This document shows positions 1-8,800 of a stretch of DNA of 64,000 nucleotides, piece after piece. The notes beneath the pieces were generated by a model that was given only the letters and a program-made list of their open reading frames with translations, ran no database searches and had not been told where the DNA came from. The position numbers were made by a program, and so were the translations under genes. The DNA comes from Candidatus Eiseniibacteriota bacterium (GTDB lineage: Bacteria; Eisenbacteria; RBG-16-71-46; CAVPCR01), in the NCBI GenBank assembly GCA_963702435.1, contig CAVPCR010000001.1, positions 256,001 through 320,000 of the forward strand. Direction: 5' to 3'. Numbering within the stretch: position 1 is the stretch's first letter; the number at the start of each line of letters is the position of its first letter.

Positions 1-518
1 GCCGCGACGCGATCGAAGAGCGCGACCACGTCGCCGTTCGAGAGGCGGATGCACCCGTGCGAGTGCGGGCGGCCGAGCGCTCCCTCGTGGTTGGTGCCGT
101 GGATGTAGATGTAGCGCTCGAGCGAATCGCAGCCGGGACCGCGATTGACGCCCGCCTCGCGCCCGTCGAGGGTGAGGATGCGGGTGAGGATGAGGTCGGC
201 CTCGCCCGCCTCGCCGCGCCACACGGCGCCCGTTGGCTCCCGGCTCTCGAACACGGCGCCGAGCGGGGCGCCGTCCCCGATGCGGGCGGCGATCACGTGC
301 ACGCCGGCCGGCGTGCGGAAGGAGCCCGCGGCGCCGCCGAGCCCCGCCGCGGCGGTGGACACCGGGAAGGTCGTGATCGCGCGGCCGCCGGCTACGAGAT
401 GGAGCTGCTGCGCCGAGACGTCCACGACGAGGAAGCGCGGCGCGGCGCCGCCGATCACCTCGGAGACGCGCGCCTCGGCCCGGACGAGAAGGCGCTCGAT
501 GCGGGGATCATCCGCCAT
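1..518 (-). CDS. L,D-transpeptidase (YkuD family), 3' end runs off the window
   Basis: Manual translation from ATG at 518: MADDPRIERLL...RYIYIHGTNHEGALGRPHSHGCIRLSNGDV, carrying the YkuD HGT...SHGC catalytic motif. Absent from the ORF track because there is no stop in the window. Confidence 0.9.
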   Translation of the reverse strand, partial: MADDPRIERLLVRAEARVSEVIGGAAPRFLVVDVSAQQLHLVAGGRAITTFPVSTAAAGLGGAAGSFRTPAGVHVIAARIGDGAPLGAVFESREPTGAVWRGEAGEADLILTRILTLDGREAGVNRGPGCDSLERYIYIHGTNHEGALGRPHSHGCIRLSNGDVVALFDRVA

Positions 519-624
519 GGCGCGCGACTATAGCATCGCCGGCGGGCGGGCCAGCATCGCCGGCACCGCCGCCGGGCAGGGCGGCCTGGCGTGGTATCCT
601 CGCGCCTCGCGGAGGGATCGCCAC

Positions 625-1086
625 ATGAGCGAGATCTATGAGCACACTCAGGTCGGCGCCGTGATGCTCGTCGCGCTCGCCGTCGCCGGCGCCGGCCTCC
701 TCTGGGCCGGCATCCAGGAAGGATGGCCTGCCGGCCTGGCCGGCGCTCTCTTCGTGATCGCCGCCTGCCTCGTGCTCTTCACGACGCTCACGGTGCGCAT
801 CGGCGACGGCGTCCTCGCCGTGCGCTTTGGCCCCGGCTTCCCGCGCCGCACGATCCGCCTCGCCGACATCGCGAGCGCCCGCGCCGTCAGGAACCACTGG
901 TCAAGCGGCTACGGCATCCACCGGGTCGGTACAGGCTGGCTCTACAACGTATCGGGTCGGGACGCGGTCGAGGTGGAGATGCGCGGCGGCCGCTCGATCC
1001 GCATCGGGACGGACGAGCCGGAGGAGCTTCTGCGCGCCCTCGCGCAGGCGGGAGTCAGTCTTCCGCCCGCGCCAGGAGGACGGTGA
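625..1086 (+). CDS. Small membrane protein, two TM helices plus a bacterial PH-like soluble domain
   Basis: GGAGGG RBS before ATG 625; MSEIYEHTQ followed by two hydrophobic helices and GWLYNVSGRDAVEV...IRIGTDEPEEL. Confidence 0.75.
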   Translation: MSEIYEHTQVGAVMLVALAVAGAGLLWAGIQEGWPAGLAGALFVIAACLVLFTTLTVRIGDGVLAVRFGPGFPRRTIRLADIASARAVRNHWSSGYGIHRVGTGWLYNVSGRDAVEVEMRGGRSIRIGTDEPEELLRALAQAGVSLPPAPGGR

Positions 1087-1807
1087 TGTTGTCGAGCCCG
1101 CCGGCGGCGATCGCGAGCGCGATGAGCTCGGCGCCGGCCTGATCCAGATCGCCCGCGGCTGCGATGACGCGCTCCATCTCCTCGTTGCGCACGAGCCCGT
1201 GCAGTCCGTCCGAGGAGAGGACGAGCACGTCCCCCGGCGCGAAGGTCCAGTTGATGCGTCCGGCATCCACCTCCACGTCCGGGGAGAGGCCGACGCTCCG
1301 GGTGAGGAGATTGCGGCGCGGATCGACGCGCGCCTCCTCGAGGGTGAGCTCGCCCTCGGCCACCAGATGGGCGACGAGCGAATGGTCCTCGGTGACCTGG
1401 GTCAGGTGCCGGCCGCGGAGCGCATAGACGCGCGTGTCGCCGACATGCGCGAGGAAGACGTCGGCGCCGCGGATGACCGCCGCGGTGAGCGTGGTCGCCA
1501 TCCCCATCGCTTCCCGGGCGCGCACGTTCTCGGCGTAGAGGACCGCGTTGGCGGCGACGACCGCCGCCCTCAGGTCGGCGAGCACGTTCGCGCCCGGAGC
1601 CCCCTGGAAAGCCTGGAGCGTGGTCTCGACGGCGAGGCGGCTCGCGACATCGCCGGCCCGCGCGCCGCCCATGCCGTCCGCGATGACGAGGAGCACGCCG
1701 CGTGCGGCCAGCACTCCCGGATCCTCCGCGCTCCACACCCCGTGGCTGTCCTCGTTGCGCGCGCGCTTCAGCCCGCGGTCGGTCGCCGCGCTGACGACGA
1801 GCTTCAT
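1055..1807 (-). CDS. PP2C-family Ser/Thr protein phosphatase (Stp1/PrpC-like)
   Basis: PPM motifs RARNEDS, IADGMGG, HVGDTRVY, LSSDGL, GGLDNIT. Confidence 0.95.
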   Translation of the reverse strand: MKLVVSAATDRGLKRARNEDSHGVWSAEDPGVLAARGVLLVIADGMGGARAGDVASRLAVETTLQAFQGAPGANVLADLRAAVVAANAVLYAENVRAREAMGMATTLTAAVIRGADVFLAHVGDTRVYALRGRHLTQVTEDHSLVAHLVAEGELTLEEARVDPRRNLLTRSVGLSPDVEVDAGRINWTFAPGDVLVLSSDGLHGLVRNEEMERVIAAAGDLDQAGAELIALAIAAGGLDNITVLLARAED

Positions 1808-1838
1808 GCCGGCAGGGCTCCCGGGAGATGGGCGAGCG

Positions 1839-1889
1839 GAAAAGGCGGAAGCCCCCGCGCCGCGCTAGGCGGCAAGCGAGGGCTTCCGC
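1839..1889 (-). terminator. Probable intrinsic terminator after the tRNA pair
   Basis: 10-bp inverted repeat GCGGAAGCCC (1845-1854) / GGGCTTCCGC (1880-1889), followed on the minus strand by CTTTT. Confidence 0.55.
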
Positions 1890-1894
1890 GAGAG

Positions 1895-1969
1895 TGGTAG
1901 CGCTACGGGGATTCGAACCCCGGTTTGATGGCTGAGAACCATCCGTCCTAACCCCTAGACGATAGCGCC
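1895..1969 (-). tRNA. tRNA-Glu (CTC)
   Basis: GGCGCTATCGTCTAGGGGTTAGGAC GGATGG-TTCTCAG-CCATC...GGTTCGAATCC...ACCA; cloverleaf with encoded CCA. Confidence 0.97.
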
Positions 1970-2044
1970 ACGCGGTCGGGGACCGTCGATCTCGGGCGCC
2001 GCCGGCCCGGGCGCAGCGAGCGCTCGCTGCCAGCGGCGACAAGG

Positions 2045-2118
2045 TGGCTGGGGAGCGAGGATTCGAACCCCGGTACCGTGGTCCAGAGCCACGTGTCCTA
2101 CCCCTGGACGACTCCCCA
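2045..2118 (-). tRNA. tRNA-Gln (CTG)
   Basis: TGGGGAGTCGTCCAGGGGTAGGACA CGTGG-CTCTGGA-CCACG...GGTTCGAATCC...GCCA; cloverleaf with encoded CCA. Confidence 0.97.
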
Positions 2119-2191
2119 ACGCGATATCTGCGTCATGACCGGCCACGCGCCGGGGCGCCTTCCATCCACGGCACCCCTCAGGCGAACAAGC

Positions 2192-2221
2192 ATGCTAGCA
2201 GACCGCCCCGGGCCCCGGCAA
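2192..2221 (-). promoter_or_regulatory. Candidate sigma70 promoter for the tRNA pair
   Basis: TTGCCG-N18-TAGCAT with an extended TG, about 75 nt upstream of tRNA-Gln. Confidence 0.45.
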
Positions 2222-2317
2222 CTGCCCAGTCCCGACGCCGTAATCAACTGCCAAAATGCCACTTACGATCAGCCGGGCGACTCCCCGGCGGCGGCCGCCG
2301 GCACCGGCCGGCCCGCG

Positions 2318-3400
2318 TCAAGCGGGGCCCCGCCGCGCCCCGGCGATCGCCGTCCGGACTGCGCGCGCGACCCGCCGGTGCCCCTCCGGCGTCCAGTGCA
2401 CGTCCTGCCCGAGGAAGAGCGCGCCGGGATCGGGGCCGCGGAACACCGCCGCGCCGTCCACGCACGGCACGCGATGCCGTTCGACCACTCCGTGAATAAC
2501 TGCGTTTGGACGCAGTCCATAGCGGGTGTGCGCGAGCCAGCTCATGACGCCGCCGCCGGTCCCGAGCACCTGGTAGCGCGAGGCGTTGACGACGACCACG
2601 ACGTCGAGGTCGAGCGCCGCCGCGCGCGCGAGGAGGTCCTCCCACAGGCGCTCGCTCCGCGCGAGGTTCCGCCCGCGCCGCGCCTCGAGCCAGAGCCGGA
2701 GCGGCATGGCCCGGTCCCAGGCGAGCTTGAAGAGCCGGCTGTGTGCGGTGAGGAAGCGCTCCACGGGCGTGAACCGGGTGCCGCGCGCCTGGTACTCGCC
2801 GAGGCGGTCGGGCACGTAGGGCGCGGCCCGCCAGTCGTCGACGACATCGTTGGCGGCGCTGAACTCGACGACGATCCCGTCGAGCCCATAGGGCGCCAGG
2901 CGCTCGAGGGCCCGGAGGCGCTGGTAGGTGCCGAACCCGGGGAGCGCCCCGTTCACCACCTCGTAACGCACCGCGCTGTCGAGCGGGGAGGCGTTCAGGA
3001 GGCGGGCGAGATCGGCCGCATAGGTCGAGTCCTCCTCGACGCCCCAGCCGAAGGCGTACGAATCGCCGAGCACCGCCCAGCGCTCGACCCCGGCCGGCCG
3101 CGGCGCGATCTCCGGCCCGCGGAAGCCGAGGCGATTCGAGCGCACGGTGGTGTCGAAGCCGCCGCGGCGGAAGCGCTGCACGCTCTCCGGACGGAGTGTC
3201 CAGCCGAGCGAGTCCGAGGGCACGTAGACCGGGGTGAGATCGCCGCCGGCGACCGGAGCGGCGGCCGGCCGCCGCCCCTCCATCCGGCGCACGGCGAGCT
3301 CGAGCGCGCCGAGGGTCACGAGCGTCGAGACGAGGACGAGCGCGAGATTGAGGAGAAAGCGCGCGATCGCCGGGCGCTTCCTCTCTCGGCCGGGGGCCAT
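2318..3400 (-). CDS. Membrane-anchored SGNH/GDSL hydrolase-family protein
   Basis: N-terminal TM helix; block I GDSYAFG, block III ANDV, block V DVHW. Confidence 0.88.
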   Translation of the reverse strand: MAPGRERKRPAIARFLLNLALVLVSTLVTLGALELAVRRMEGRRPAAAPVAGGDLTPVYVPSDSLGWTLRPESVQRFRRGGFDTTVRSNRLGFRGPEIAPRPAGVERWAVLGDSYAFGWGVEEDSTYAADLARLLNASPLDSAVRYEVVNGALPGFGTYQRLRALERLAPYGLDGIVVEFSAANDVVDDWRAAPYVPDRLGEYQARGTRFTPVERFLTAHSRLFKLAWDRAMPLRLWLEARRGRNLARSERLWEDLLARAAALDLDVVVVVNASRYQVLGTGGGVMSWLAHTRYGLRPNAVIHGVVERHRVPCVDGAAVFRGPDPGALFLGQDVHWTPEGHRRVARAVRTAIAGARRGPA

Positions 3401-3440
3401 CGGTGGTTCTGGCGATCGCGGGCGCGGGACGAGGGCGCGC

Positions 3441-3686
3441 CTAGAAGAGGGTGTAGATGAACTGGGCGACGGCGGCGTTCTGCACGAACGCGATCAGGAG
3501 CCCGAAGATGAGCATGATGGCGAAGACCGGGGCGAGCCAGTAGCGCTTGCGCATGCGCATGAAGCCCCAGAGCTCCTTCACGAGGAAGCCGAGCCCGCGG
3601 AAGAAGTGAGCGATGGCGGCGAGGAGGCCGGCGAAGAACCCGCCGGCGCCGCCGCGCCGCGCCTTGGCTTTGCTGTTCATGGGCAT
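3441..3686 (-). CDS. DUF5989/SxtK-like small membrane protein
   Basis: KELWGFMRMRKRYWLAP...AVAQFIYTLF is characteristic of the family that accompanies carbamoyltransferases. Confidence 0.85.
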   Translation of the reverse strand: MPMNSKAKARRGGAGGFFAGLLAAIAHFFRGLGFLVKELWGFMRMRKRYWLAPVFAIMLIFGLLIAFVQNAAVAQFIYTLF

Positions 3687-3733
3687 GGTGTTCTAGTCTA
3701 CCACCTCGCTGCGAGGGCGGGTCGGCCCGGCCG

Positions 3734-5503
3734 CTAGGCCGTGACCAGCGCCTGGCCCTCGTCCTGCTTGGCGAAGGCCTCGATCTCCTTCGCGGCCCAC
3801 TCCGCCTCCTTCTCCACGTCGCGCTTCAGGACCACGCAGTCATGCATGACGAGAGCGTCCATCTTGGTGCGCATGAAGCAGCGGAAGGCGTCCTCCGGAC
3901 TCAGGATGATGGGCTCGCCGCGGACATTGTAGGACGTGTTGATGATGACCGGCACCCCGGTCTGCCGCTCGAACTCGGCGATCAGGTCGTAGTAGAGCGG
4001 ATTCTCCTCCCGGGTCACGGTCTGGAGCCGCGCCGAGCCGTCGAGGTGCGTGACCGAGGGGATGACCCGCCGATCCTCCCGCACCTGGGCCGTGAGCAGC
4101 ATGTAGGGCGATTCGCGATCGATCTCGAAGTACTCCGCGGTCTTCTCGGCGAGCACCGAGGGCGCGAACGGCCGGAAGCTCTCCCGGAACTTGATCTTGA
4201 GATTCACGACGTCCTTGTTCTTCGGATTGCGGGCGTCGGCCAGGATCGAGCGGTTGCCGAGCGCGCGCGGCCCGAACTCCATCCGCCCCTGGAACCAGCC
4301 GACCACGTTCTGCTCGGCGATGAGCTCCGCGGTCGTCCGCAGGAGCTCCGCGCGGTCGTAGCTCCGGTAGGGAACGCGCGCCTCGTCGAGGACCCGGCGC
4401 ACGTCCTCGTCGGTATAGGAAGGCCCCCAGTAGGCGTGCGGCCAGACGAAGGTGCGGGGGTTCCCGAGGAGCGAGTTCCAGATGAGCGCGGCGACGCCCA
4501 CGGCGCCCCCGGCGTCCCCGGCCGCGGGCTGGATGAAGATGTCCTTGAACGGCCCCTCGCGCAGGAGCCGGCCGTTGGCGACGCAGTTGAGCGCCACCCC
4601 GCCCGCCATGCACAGGTTCTCCTCGCCGGTCCGCGCGTGCACGTGCCGGCCCATGGCGAGGACCACCTCCTCGAGGAATCGCTGCACCGAGGCCGCGATG
4701 TCGAAGTACCGCTGCGTCATCTTCTCTTCGGTCCCGCGCGGCGGCCCGCCGAAGAGCTTGTGGAAGGCCTCGGTGGTCATGGTGAGGCCGGTGTGGTAGT
4801 TGAAGTACTTGAGGTTGAGCCAGAAGCTCCCGTCCTCGCGCAGCGACGCCACCTCGCGCACCTGGTCGAGATAGGTCGGCTTGCCGTAGGGCGCGAGCCC
4901 CATCACCTTGTACTCCGCCGAGTTGACGCGGAAGCCCAGGTAGTAGGTGAAGGCGGTGTAGAGGAGCCCGAGCGAGTGCGGGAAGCGCACCTCGTCGAAG
5001 AGCTCGATCTCGTTCCCGACGCCTCGCCCGTAGGTCGCCGTCGACCACTCTCCCACGCCGTCGAGGGTCAGGATCGCCGCCCGCTCGAAAGGCGAGACCA
5101 GGAAGCAGCTCGCGGCATGCGACTCGTGGTGGTCCGAGAAGAGGAGCGGTCCCGTGTAGCCGTCGAGCTCCTTCCGGATGGTGCCCGGGATCCACAGCTT
5201 CTCCTTGAGCCACAGCGGCATCGCGCGCAGGAACGACTTGTAGGCGAAGGGGAAGGTCGAGAAGTACGTGTAGAGGATGCGCTCGAACTTGACGAGCGGC
5301 TTCTCGTAGAACCCGACGTAATCGAGATCCTCGACGCCGATCTTCCCCTCCTCGAGGCAGTAGCGGACCGCGTGTCGGGGAAAGCCCGAGTCGTGCTTCT
5401 TGCGCGTGAAGCGCTCCTCTTCCGCGGCGGCGACCAGCCGGCCGTTCTGGTAGAGCGCCGCCGCAGAGTCGTGATAGAAGGCGGAGATGCCGAGGATGTT
5501 CAT
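3734..5503 (-). CDS. O-carbamoyltransferase (NodU/CmcH/SxtI family)
   Basis: MNILGISAFYHDSAA, EEERFTRKKH, HHESHAAS, EYKVMGLAPYG, GGVALNC, EFGPRALGNRS, NTSYNVRGEP. Confidence 0.96.
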   Translation of the reverse strand: MNILGISAFYHDSAAALYQNGRLVAAAEEERFTRKKHDSGFPRHAVRYCLEEGKIGVEDLDYVGFYEKPLVKFERILYTYFSTFPFAYKSFLRAMPLWLKEKLWIPGTIRKELDGYTGPLLFSDHHESHAASCFLVSPFERAAILTLDGVGEWSTATYGRGVGNEIELFDEVRFPHSLGLLYTAFTYYLGFRVNSAEYKVMGLAPYGKPTYLDQVREVASLREDGSFWLNLKYFNYHTGLTMTTEAFHKLFGGPPRGTEEKMTQRYFDIAASVQRFLEEVVLAMGRHVHARTGEENLCMAGGVALNCVANGRLLREGPFKDIFIQPAAGDAGGAVGVAALIWNSLLGNPRTFVWPHAYWGPSYTDEDVRRVLDEARVPYRSYDRAELLRTTAELIAEQNVVGWFQGRMEFGPRALGNRSILADARNPKNKDVVNLKIKFRESFRPFAPSVLAEKTAEYFEIDRESPYMLLTAQVREDRRVIPSVTHLDGSARLQTVTREENPLYYDLIAEFERQTGVPVIINTSYNVRGEPIILSPEDAFRCFMRTKMDALVMHDCVVLKRDVEKEAEWAAKEIEAFAKQDEGQALVTA

Positions 5504-5552
5504 GATCGGGTTTCCGGGACGTCCGTTCTGGCGTTTCGTCTGCTGATGCGGA

Positions 5553-5795
5553 CTAGTACAGGTGCTCGTACTCGCTCACCGGGCGCGGCTTGAGATCCTT
5601 CTTGTGATAGGTCGAGCCGACGCGATGGTGCGCGCCGAGCGGATCCTGGCGGAAGAGACGGAAGATGGACCCCACGATCCCGATCAGGAGCCAGTAGAGG
5701 ATCGTGAGCAGCACGAGCCCGTTGAAGTGCCCGAGCTTGGCCGCCAGCGCTCGCCAGCCGCGCCAGAAGGCGACCAGGGGCCGAGGAACCCGCAT
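5553..5795 (-). CDS. SxtJ-family small membrane protein
   Basis: 80 aa, W..LA.KLG.FN..VLLTILYWLL...DPL; AGTGGAG upstream; lies directly before the carbamoyltransferase. Confidence 0.75.
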   Translation of the reverse strand: MRVPRPLVAFWRGWRALAAKLGHFNGLVLLTILYWLLIGIVGSIFRLFRQDPLGAHHRVGSTYHKKDLKPRPVSEYEHLY

Positions 5796-5837
5796 CGTAT
5801 CTCCACTTCTCGTCGTCGATCGCTCGTCGCTTCGGGA

Positions 5838-8800
5838 TCAGCGGACGAGCGTGAGCTTCCGGGAGGCGACGAAGTCGCCGATCCGCACGCGGTAGAAATA
5901 GGTCCCGGCCGCGAGCGGCTCTCCGCCCGGACCGCGGCCGTCCCAGTCCACCTCGTGGCGCCCGGCCGGGAGCCGGCCGTCGAGGAGCCGGGCCACGGCC
6001 CGGCCCTCCACATCATAGATCGTCAAGCTTACCGGGATCTCGCCCGGTGCGGGGACATCGATTGCGAGCCGCGTCCGCCGCGCGAGCGGGTTCGGGCGGG
6101 CCGGGTGTATCGCCGCGAGACGGGGCGCGGCCGGGGGGCCCTCCGGCTCCGGCCCGGCGATCGCCACCGGCAGGACGGAGCTCCCGACGTAGCCCGTGTT
6201 CGCCGCGTCGTGCCGGAAGAAGGGCCACTGGATCCGGGTCGGGTTCCAGGCCGCGGGCAGGTCCCAGAGGTAGACGGCGGCGTCATACGCGGCCATGCCC
6301 ACCTCGATCAGACCATCGTTGTCGATGTCCCAGAGGAGCGGCGAGCCGCGCACCTCTCCCTCGAGCTGGATCGGGAAGCCGGCGGCCGGGGTGCCGTCGT
6401 GGTTGAACGCGTGGAGCTTTCCCGACTCGTCGCCGATCAGGATCTCCGGCCGGCCGTCGGCGTCGAGATCGCCGATCGTGGGTGAGGACTGCGTCGCCTC
6501 GTTGCCCCCGGTGTAGAAGACGGCCGGGAATCCGGGGAGCAACACGCCCTGGCGATTCCAGGCGAAGAGGCGTCCGTCCGAGCCCGGAAAGACGATATCG
6601 AGCTGCCCGTCGCCGTCCAGATCGGCGATGACCGGCGAACCCGTGCGGACCTGGGCCGTGACCGCCGGAGCGCTTTGCGGCCAGCCGGGGAAGGCGGCCC
6701 CGCTCGCGCGGAAGACGTGCACGCGCCCGCCGCCGCGCTCCGAGGCGACGACGATCTCGTTCGACCCGTCGCCGTCGAGATCGGCGATCGCGGGCGAGGC
6801 GGTGATGGCCGAGGGATTGGCGAGATCCCCGGTCGCGACCGGCCAGCCCGGGACGAGCGTGCCGTCGCCGTTCACCGCGTAGACGGGACCCGCGCTGTTC
6901 GAGGCGATGTTCAGGCAGAAGACGATCTCCGCCGCGGGATCGGCGTCCAGGTTGGCGGCCGCCGGCGACGAGTAGCAGAAGGAGGCGCCGGTCACGCGGA
7001 AGAGAACGCCGTTGGTCGCGGGATTCGAGTCGCCGTCGGCGACCTCGGTGCCGTCATGATGCCAGGCGAAAAGCCGCCCGCCCTTCGCCGCCCACACCAC
7101 GAGCTCGAGGTCGTCGTCTCCGTCGATGTCGGCCATGAGCGGCGAAGGCCAGTTGAAATCATCGAGCACCGATTGCGGCCACCCCGGCATGAGCTCGCCC
7201 TCTGCATCCCACAGGTAAGCCTGGCCCACCGTCCAGCCCACGTTCGCGACCTCGATCGTCCCGTCCCCGTCCATGTCGCCGAGCGCCGTGGTGGCGCTGA
7301 AGCCCTTGGCGTTCGAGAACCCGTCGGGCGCGAACACGCCGCTCGTGCGCGGGTCGCCGTCCCCGTCCACGATCTCGGTGCCGTCGGCATGCCAGCCGTA
7401 CTGGTAGTCGGCCGCCGTGAACAGCTCGTAGTCGGAGCCGCCGGCGACGTTCGCGAGCTGGAGCGAGGAGGACGTCACCTGCCCGATCTCGATCGGCCAG
7501 CCGGCGGCGAGCGGCGGATTGGTCGAGCCGGTGACGACCGCCGAGAGAGGACCGGCGTTCGACGACGAGTCGCGGGCCACGATGCGATAGTAGTAGCGGG
7601 TGAGCGGCAGGAGCCCCGCGTCCTCGTAGCTCGCCGACCCCGCGGCGAGGAACGCGTTCACCTGAACGAACGGGCCGCCCGCGCTCGCCGCCCGGTAGAT
7701 GTCGTAGCCGAGGAGGTCGGCGTCCGCCGGAGCCTTCCAGGCCAGGCGGAGCGCGCTTGGCGAGCCGAAGGCGGCCAGGCTGTCGGCGACGCCCGGCGCG
7801 GTCACGTCCAGGTGCTCGGTGCGCACGGGTCCGAAGACATCCGCCGTCGTCACGCGGAGACGGATCGCCGCCGGATCGACGAGCGGACCGAGAGTGAAGG
7901 CGAAGCGGTCCCCGGTCACCACGGCGCCGACCGGGATGCGGCCGAAGCTCGCGTTCGCATCGCTCACCGTGACCTGCGGCTCGGGATCGAGCGTCCCGGC
8001 GCGCACCACGGCGAGCACGGCGGCGACGGCGGCCGCCGTGTCCTGCCCGGTGTTCCGGAGCGCGAGCGAGTACCAGATGGTCTCGCCCGCCTCGACCACC
8101 CCGTTCCCGTTCCCCCGCGGCGGCGCATCGTCCACCACGTGGCGCAGGTGCTCGAGGTAGGAGCGGCGGACCGGCAGCACGAACACATCGTTGTAGACGC
8201 CCTGCCCGCTCGCGATCACGAGCGAGAAGAGCGGCTGGAATGCTTCCGGAGCGGACGGCGCGATCGCGAGCGCGAAGCGGCCCGTCCCGCTCGAGCCGCC
8301 GCCGGCGGCGATCGTGCCGTAGCTCACGGTCGATGTGATGAGCGTCAGGTAACCTTGCGGGTTCTGCTCGCTGAGCGCGGCGAGGACCCCGCTCGCACCC
8401 TGGGTGCCGCCGTTGCGGAGCGTGATCGCGAGCTCGATCGTCTCGCCGGCGTCGGCCCGGCCGTCGCCGTCGCCGGCGGAGGGCGGGATCGCGTCGTCGT
8501 CGACGACGACCGCCTGCAGGTAGGGATACGCGCCCGCCGCGGCGGTCACGTTGATCGTCGTCTGGTAGACCGCGAAGCCGGGTCGGGACACGGTGAGGAT
8601 CGCCGCGCCGGTCGTCTCCGGCGCGAAGTGGAGACTCGCCGTCCCGCTCGCGTCGGTCTCCCCGCGGGCATAGGCCTCGCTCCCCTTCCCCAGAGTGACG
8701 ACGGCGCCGGCAAGCGGCGCGCCGCCGCTCGTCACGGTCGCCGCGTAGGGTCCGGCACCGAGCGCGTGATGGGCGGGGTGGTTCACCGCGATCGGGGCGA

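Noticed and set aside
1895..2118. tRNA-targeted integrative element
   Set aside because: No integrase in the window, and I noticed no duplicated tRNA 3' end.
2318..5795. Saxitoxin biosynthesis cluster
   Set aside because: Only the widespread carbamoyltransferase accessory module is present; no sxtA, sxtG or sxtB.
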